Source of the DNA: Candidatus Amulumruptor caecigallinarius
Lineage (GTDB): Bacteria > Bacteroidota > Bacteroidia > Bacteroidales > Muribaculaceae
DNA length: 64,000 nucleotides
Reading direction: 5' to 3'
Assembly: GCA_023665605.1 (NCBI GenBank)
Contig: JAMPDP010000001.1
Span: 456,115 to 520,114 of the forward strand
The notes beneath the pieces were generated by a model, which made no database searches, was not told where the DNA came from, and saw only the letters and a program-made list of their open reading frames with translations. The translations under genes were made by a program, and so were the position numbers. Shown here piece by piece: positions 59,353-64,000 of this stretch. Each line of letters opens with the position of its first letter. Positions within the stretch are counted from its first letter, which is position 1.

Positions 59353-60128
59353 GCATGCGCCACACCTGCCCCCTCATCATCGCACTGCTGCTGGCGGTGA
59401 CTGCCGCGTGCAGCCGCCGCCCCTCCATGGTGCTCGGCCCGGAGGATATGGCGCAGCTGATGGCCGATGTCCATGAGGCCGAGGGGGTGATAGACCAGAA
59501 CTACAACGCCTACCGCACCGACTCCGCCAAGCTCCGGCTCCGTCAGGCGGTATATGTCAAGCACGGAGTGACGCAGGCCGAGGTTGACTCTTCGCTGGCA
59601 TGGTACGGCTACAACATAGAGCAGTATGCCAAGGTGTATGACCGTGTGCTTGAGATACTTGACAAGCGGCTCAAGAGCGTGCGCAGCCAGGCCGGCGAGG
59701 CAGCCAAGCCGGAGATGAACTTTGCCGTGGAGGGTGACTCCGCGGTGGTGTGGCGCACCTACAACCCCATCTTCTTCACCCCGCGCATGGAGCGCGAGAT
59801 GGTAGCCACCATGCTCCAGCGTGACCAGTACTGGCGCGCGGCTGACAGCTACCAGCTCCGCTACAAGAGCCTCGGGGCCACAAAGGGCGTGACGGCCCGC
59901 ATCACCATGAATTACAGCGGCGACAGCACCGCCACGCAGGTGATGCGCGGCAGCATGGACGGCTGGCACACCATGGTGGTCAACACCGACACCGCAGCCA
60001 TCCCGCAGTCGGTGGTGCTGGAACTCCGCTACTCACCCGCCCCCGGCACCGAAACCGTTGCCGCCATTGACTCAGTGACCCTCGTGAGGGTGCGCACCCG
60101 CTCCGACGACCTCCCCGACCGCCGATGA
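59349..60128 (+). CDS. DUF4296-family lipoprotein
   Basis: Lipobox (LLAVTAAC|S). Occupies the post-lspA position typical of Bacteroidota. 259 aa. Confidence 0.55.
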   Translation: MSMRHTCPLIIALLLAVTAACSRRPSMVLGPEDMAQLMADVHEAEGVIDQNYNAYRTDSAKLRLRQAVYVKHGVTQAEVDSSLAWYGYNIEQYAKVYDRVLEILDKRLKSVRSQAGEAAKPEMNFAVEGDSAVVWRTYNPIFFTPRMEREMVATMLQRDQYWRAADSYQLRYKSLGATKGVTARITMNYSGDSTATQVMRGSMDGWHTMVVNTDTAAIPQSVVLELRYSPAPGTETVAAIDSVTLVRVRTRSDDLPDRR

Positions 60129-60529
60129 CACCCCTCCCCGACCGCCGATGACAACCCGCAGACTGCTGGCGAGTGCCGTGACGCATGACGGCCACGCCGA
60201 CTACAACGCCATCGTCACCTTCACCCCGGGAGAGCTCCCCACGGTGAACCCCTTCGCGGGCGAGCTCCACAGCACGGAGCACGTCAACGGCGTGGTGCAC
60301 TTCGGCGACCTCAGCCGCGCCCTGCAAACCGCCCGGGCCCTCCCCGCGTTATCCATAGCAGAGGTAGCCATGCGGCTGGCCCCGCTGGCGGGCACACTCA
60401 CCGAGCGGGCCTGGCTGCTGCTTCCCACTCCCTCGGGGCTGACAGCCACACCCCTGCCGTGAGCCTCCTGAACCCTTAGAGGTTGTTTAAAAACAACCTC
60501 TTAACATGAACTAACCGCTGAGCGCATAC

Positions 60530-61474
60530 ATGCAAGGTCTCGTCATTAAAAACACCGGCAACCGCTATGACGTGCTTGCCGACGACGGCAGCACCGTCAC
60601 CTGCAACGTCAAGGGGAACTTCCGCCTCAAAGGAATCCGCACCACCAACCCCGTGGCTGTGGGCGACCATGTGACATTTGACCTCCCCGAGGGTTCCGAG
60701 ACCGGCTACATCACCGCCATTGAGCCGCGCCGCAACTACATCATACGCCGCGCGAGCAACCTCTCCAAGGAGAGTCACATCCTGGCCGCCAACATTGACC
60801 AAGTGGCCCTGATAGTCACCCTTGCCCACCCCGCCACGTCGCTTACCTTCATTGACCGACTGCTTGCCACCGCCGAGGCCTACGGCGTGGAGGCCCTGCT
60901 GGTCATCAACAAGACCGACCTGCTCACCACCGATGAGGACCGCGAGATGCTTGATGCCGTGAGCTACCTATACCGCAGCATCGGCTACCCGGTGATGCAC
61001 CTGTGCGCCACTACCGGCGAGGGGTTGGAGGAGCTGCGCCAAGCCCTCAGCGGCAAGATTACCCTGCTCTCCGGCAACAGCGGCGTGGGAAAGTCCACCA
61101 TCATCAACGACTTGCTCCCCGAGGCGCACCAGAAGGTCGCCGAAATCTCCGCCACCCACCTCACGGGGATGCACACCACCACCTTTTCCGAGATGTTTGC
61201 CCTCCCCGGGGGGGGCTACATCATCGACACCCCCGGTGTCAAGGGGTTCGGCACCATCGACTTTGACGTGGCCGAGGTGAGCCACTACTTCCCCGAGATA
61301 TTCAAGGCCTCCGAGGGGTGCCGCTACGGCAACTGCACCCACACCCACGAGCCCGGCTGCGAAGTGCGCCGCCGCCTCGCCGAGCACCTCATCGCCGAGT
61401 CACGCTACGCCTCCTACCTGAGCATCCTCGAAGACGCCGCCGGCACCCCCGACAAATACCGCAAACCCTACTGA
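60530..61474 (+). CDS. rsgA: Ribosome small-subunit-dependent GTPase A
   Basis: Circularly permuted GTPase (NKTDL before GNSGVGKST). A C-terminal Zn-finger Cys cluster is present ([14 protein letters not shown]). Confidence 0.85.
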   Translation: MQGLVIKNTGNRYDVLADDGSTVTCNVKGNFRLKGIRTTNPVAVGDHVTFDLPEGSETGYITAIEPRRNYIIRRASNLSKESHILAANIDQVALIVTLAHPATSLTFIDRLLATAEAYGVEALLVINKTDLLTTDEDREMLDAVSYLYRSIGYPVMHLCATTGEGLEELRQALSGKITLLSGNSGVGKSTIINDLLPEAHQKVAEISATHLTGMHTTTFSEMFALPGGGYIIDTPGVKGFGTIDFDVAEVSHYFPEIFKASEGCRYGNCTHTHEPGCEVRRRLAEHLIAESRYASYLSILEDAAGTPDKYRKPY

Positions 61475-61585
61475 CCCTTGAGAGGAGCGTGCCGCCTGAG
61501 AGGAGACTGAACCCTTCAAAACTTGCCGATAACGGCAAGTTTTGGTACTTTTGCGGCATAAGTAACACAAGAAACTTGCCGATAG

Positions 61586-62476
61586 ATGGACTTCATATCA
61601 GTAAAAGAATGGGCAGAGCGCCACGGCGTGTCAGAGCGCACCGCCAGAAATTACTGTGCACAGGACAAAATAGACGGGGCACGGCTTGTGGGCAAGACTT
61701 GGAATGTGCCCTCGGATGCATATGTGCCAAAGCGGCGCAAGCATGACAAGCCAACGCCGCTGCTAAAGATGCTCAGGGACCAGATGGAAGGAAAGGTGAA
61801 GGGGGGGATATATCACCGGGTGCAGATAGACATGACATACAGCTCCAACCATATGGAGGGGAGCCGACTGACACATGACCAGACACGCTACATCTTCGAG
61901 ACCAACACCATAGGCCTCACAGACGCGCCGGTGAATGTAGACGACATCATCGAGACCGCCAACCATTTCCGGGCCATCGACCATATCATAGCCGAGACGG
62001 GCGGCAAACTGACTGAAGCCTATATCAAGCGCTTGCATATGCTGCTGAAATCAGGCACTTCTGACCAGAGCAAAAGCTGGTTTAACACGGGTGACTACAA
62101 GCAGCTGCCTAATGAAGTAGGGGGCAATGACACCGTGGCTCCCGAAGATGTGCATGAGGCTGTAAAGGCATTGCTGGCGGAATACAACAGCAAGAGGCAC
62201 CCCACGTTTGAGGACATCATAGACTTTCACCAGCGCTTTGAAGCAATCCATCCGTTTCAGGATGGCAATGGCCGTGTGGGCCGACTCATAATGTTCCGAG
62301 AGTGTCTGCGCCATGGCTACGTGCCATTTATCATCACCGAAGATCTAAAGATGTATTATTACAATGGCCTTCGCCACTGGCCTGCTGTGAAAGGCTATCT
62401 GCTCGACACCTGTCTGACCGCGCAAGACAACTTCAAGCTGCTGCTCAGGAAGTTCAGGATTGCATACACCGACTGA
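61586..62476 (+). CDS. Fic/DOC-family adenylyltransferase with an N-terminal HTH and an intramolecular inhibitory motif (class II Fic)
   Basis: Fic motif HPFQDGNGRVGR. N-terminal excisionase/MerR-like HTH (KEWAERHGVSERTARNY). SNHMEG fits the [S/T]xxxE[G/N] alpha-inh motif. Confidence 0.8.
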   Translation: MDFISVKEWAERHGVSERTARNYCAQDKIDGARLVGKTWNVPSDAYVPKRRKHDKPTPLLKMLRDQMEGKVKGGIYHRVQIDMTYSSNHMEGSRLTHDQTRYIFETNTIGLTDAPVNVDDIIETANHFRAIDHIIAETGGKLTEAYIKRLHMLLKSGTSDQSKSWFNTGDYKQLPNEVGGNDTVAPEDVHEAVKALLAEYNSKRHPTFEDIIDFHQRFEAIHPFQDGNGRVGRLIMFRECLRHGYVPFIITEDLKMYYYNGLRHWPAVKGYLLDTCLTAQDNFKLLLRKFRIAYTD

Positions 62477-62479
62477 GAT

Positions 62480-63535
62480 ATGCGGCGGGTGCATCTGTTT
62501 AATGCTGACAATGACGGGGCGCTGGCGGTGAACCGTGCATCATATACTCCGCCTGCGATGGCGGGGGCTCTGGAGCGTGACCTGGCATTGCTGCCGGCGG
62601 TGTGGGCCGCGCCGGGTGACTATATCATCGCCCCGGCTGGGACGGCACTTCCGGCGTGGATGATGGAGAGGGGAATGCGGATCTATCATGGCGAGGCGGA
62701 TGCCGAGGTTGCCGAGCCGTGGGGCTGGAGCCTCAATGCGCGGCTGCGGCTGCGGCGTGCGGGAGTGCCGGAGGGTCTGCTGCCTGATGATGAGGAGCTG
62801 GAGCGGCACCGTGAGCAGAGCCACCGGCGGACAGCGATGCTGCTGGCGCGGGGCCTTGAGGCAGAGGGGATCGCCTCGCCCAACCGCCCCGTGGAAATCA
62901 CGTCGGCTGAGGAGCTGAGGGCACTGATGGCCGGCGGCCATCGGCTGATGGTGAAGCGGCCCTGGTCATGCAGCGGGAGGGGCGTGTTTCCGCTGGCGCA
63001 CCTGAGCGAGCAGCGTGCGGCAGAGCTGGCCGAAGGGATAATCCGCAGACAGGGGAGCGTGATGGTTGAGCGGATGCTTGACCGCAAAGCAGACTTCTCA
63101 GCCATCCTGCACAGTGACGGCCGGAGTGTAAAGTTGAGAGGGTGGACACTGTTTCAGACCTCAGCGGAGGGGCGTTATGAGGGGACACTGATAGCACCGC
63201 AGGAGCTTATCGGAGAGCGGATTGAGGCTCTTGGAGCCGACACCCGGCGTCTTGGTGCAGCGTTGGAGCGCAACCTGTCGCCGCTGATAGCGGGTTACTG
63301 CGGTTGGCTGAGCGTGGATATGCTTGCCACGACCGATGGAGAGATTGCGCCGTGCATCGAGGTGAATCTGCGGCGCACCATGGGGGTTGTTGCCCTCGAT
63401 ATAGCCGAGCAAATGCCTCTGGGAGAGCCCCCCATGCTGATGAGCGTGAGGGGCGCGAGCGAACCGCTGAGAGCGGATGAGCGGGTGATAACCGGCGGGG
63501 AGAGCTTCAGGCTGTCGCTGACCGCGACTGATTGA
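62480..63535 (+). CDS. Hypothetical high-GC protein with an ATP-grasp-like core. Its start is 4 bp after the Fic stop.
   Basis: MVKRPWSCSGRGVFP (Lys plus Gly-rich loop), ...VMVERM..., and CIEVNLRRT (ExN Mg-site-like) resemble ATP-grasp motifs. A terminator hairpin lies at 63545-63581. Confidence 0.4.
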   Translation: MRRVHLFNADNDGALAVNRASYTPPAMAGALERDLALLPAVWAAPGDYIIAPAGTALPAWMMERGMRIYHGEADAEVAEPWGWSLNARLRLRRAGVPEGLLPDDEELERHREQSHRRTAMLLARGLEAEGIASPNRPVEITSAEELRALMAGGHRLMVKRPWSCSGRGVFPLAHLSEQRAAELAEGIIRRQGSVMVERMLDRKADFSAILHSDGRSVKLRGWTLFQTSAEGRYEGTLIAPQELIGERIEALGADTRRLGAALERNLSPLIAGYCGWLSVDMLATTDGEIAPCIEVNLRRTMGVVALDIAEQMPLGEPPMLMSVRGASEPLRADERVITGGESFRLSLTATD

Positions 63536-63686
63536 GCAGGTTTTCAAAATGCCGCTTATGCGAGTGGTTTGGTGGCATTTTGTAATTGTTTTGAATATTT
63601 TTGTGGATTTTTGAAGCGCGTGTAAGAAATTTTTCTTAGCTTTGTGCATCCATAATAATAATCTACTCTCAGAGCAATTCATCAAA

Positions 63687-64000
63687 ATGTGCGGAATAGT
63701 AACCGTTTTCGAGACCCGCGGAGCCACAGATGAGCTCCGTCCCGAAGTTCTGAAAATGTCCAAGAAAATCCGTCACCGCGGGCCGGACTGGTCAGGCATC
63801 TACTGCGGCGACAATGCCATACTCGCGCATGAGCGCCTCTCCATCGTCGACCCCGAGAGCGGAGGCCAGCCGCTGAAGACGGCAGACGGGAAGGTAATCC
63901 TGGCCGTGAACGGCGAGATATACAATCACCGGCAGCTGCGCGAGAAGTATGCCGGAAAGTATGAGTTTCTGACCGGCAGCGACTGCGAGGTGATTCTGGC
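63687..64000 (+). CDS. asnB: Asparagine synthase (glutamine-hydrolysing), N-terminal part. Truncated by the window end.
   Basis: MCGIVTVFETRG... (Ntn Cys2) plus GPDWSGIY, HERLSIVD and LAVNGEIYNH. Confidence 0.85.
   Translation, partial: MCGIVTVFETRGATDELRPEVLKMSKKIRHRGPDWSGIYCGDNAILAHERLSIVDPESGGQPLKTADGKVILAVNGEIYNHRQLREKYAGKYEFLTGSDCEVIL

Noticed and set aside
61208-61215. A G8 homopolymer inside rsgA (encoding PGGGY), and a G7 at 61801-61807 inside the Fic gene.
   Set aside because: They are in-frame codon runs in intact, full-length genes. Slippage is possible, but there is no evidence of frameshift here. This is noted only as a sequencing-error-prone site.
1-64000. CRISPR arrays, integrases and transposases.
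   Set aside because: No spaced direct-repeat array and no recombinase- or transposase-like ORF were found on either strand. The family A and B repeats are dispersed and palindromic rather than arrayed.

Overview
The window is a 64 kb, mostly high-GC chromosomal segment that looks Bacteroidota/Bacteroidales-like. The evidence for that lineage: a giant protein with a T9SS-type C-terminal sorting tail, TAnnTTTG-type -7 promoter motifs, the ileS-dksA/traR-lspA-DUF4296 gene order, DUF3127, and carA-carB-pncB.

Most of the window is housekeeping. It encodes an M48 peptidase pair, CPSase small and large subunits, NaPRTase, RsmI, an MBL-fold protein with a RecD-like helicase, HemW, an AddB-like nuclease, HolB and MutS. 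It also encodes a four-subunit 2-oxoacid:ferredoxin oxidoreductase, Mdh, thioredoxin, Ndh-II, MATE and OPT transporters, SSB and a BtuFCD-like ABC importer. Towards the 3' end are a LolD-like ATPase, ManA, flavodoxin, IleS, LspA, RsgA, a class II HTH-Fic protein and the AsnB N-terminus. One tRNA carries a CAT anticodon. There is no CRISPR array, integrase or transposase.

Things that stand out:
1. A visibly AT-rich two-gene islet (10.45-11.98 kb) wedged between pncB and rsmI. It encodes a GHKL-type ATPase with an unrecognisable N-terminal domain, followed by a 112-aa STAS-like (DUF4325-like) protein. This is the best candidate for a new partner-switch, conflict or defence module.
2. Two families of about 115-130 bp palindromic intergenic repeats, three copies each. 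Some sit adjacent to each other, and together they bracket the 46.6-54.7 kb block that carries a 1377-aa T9SS surface protein.
3. G9 and C8 homopolymers lie just upstream of that giant gene.
4. A diverged 5' duplicate of the hxlR regulator and its promoter.
5. A recurring roughly 30-bp hairpin in three 5' leaders.
6. An HTH-Fic gene with an SxxxEG auto-inhibitory motif, translationally coupled to an ATP-grasp-like gene.
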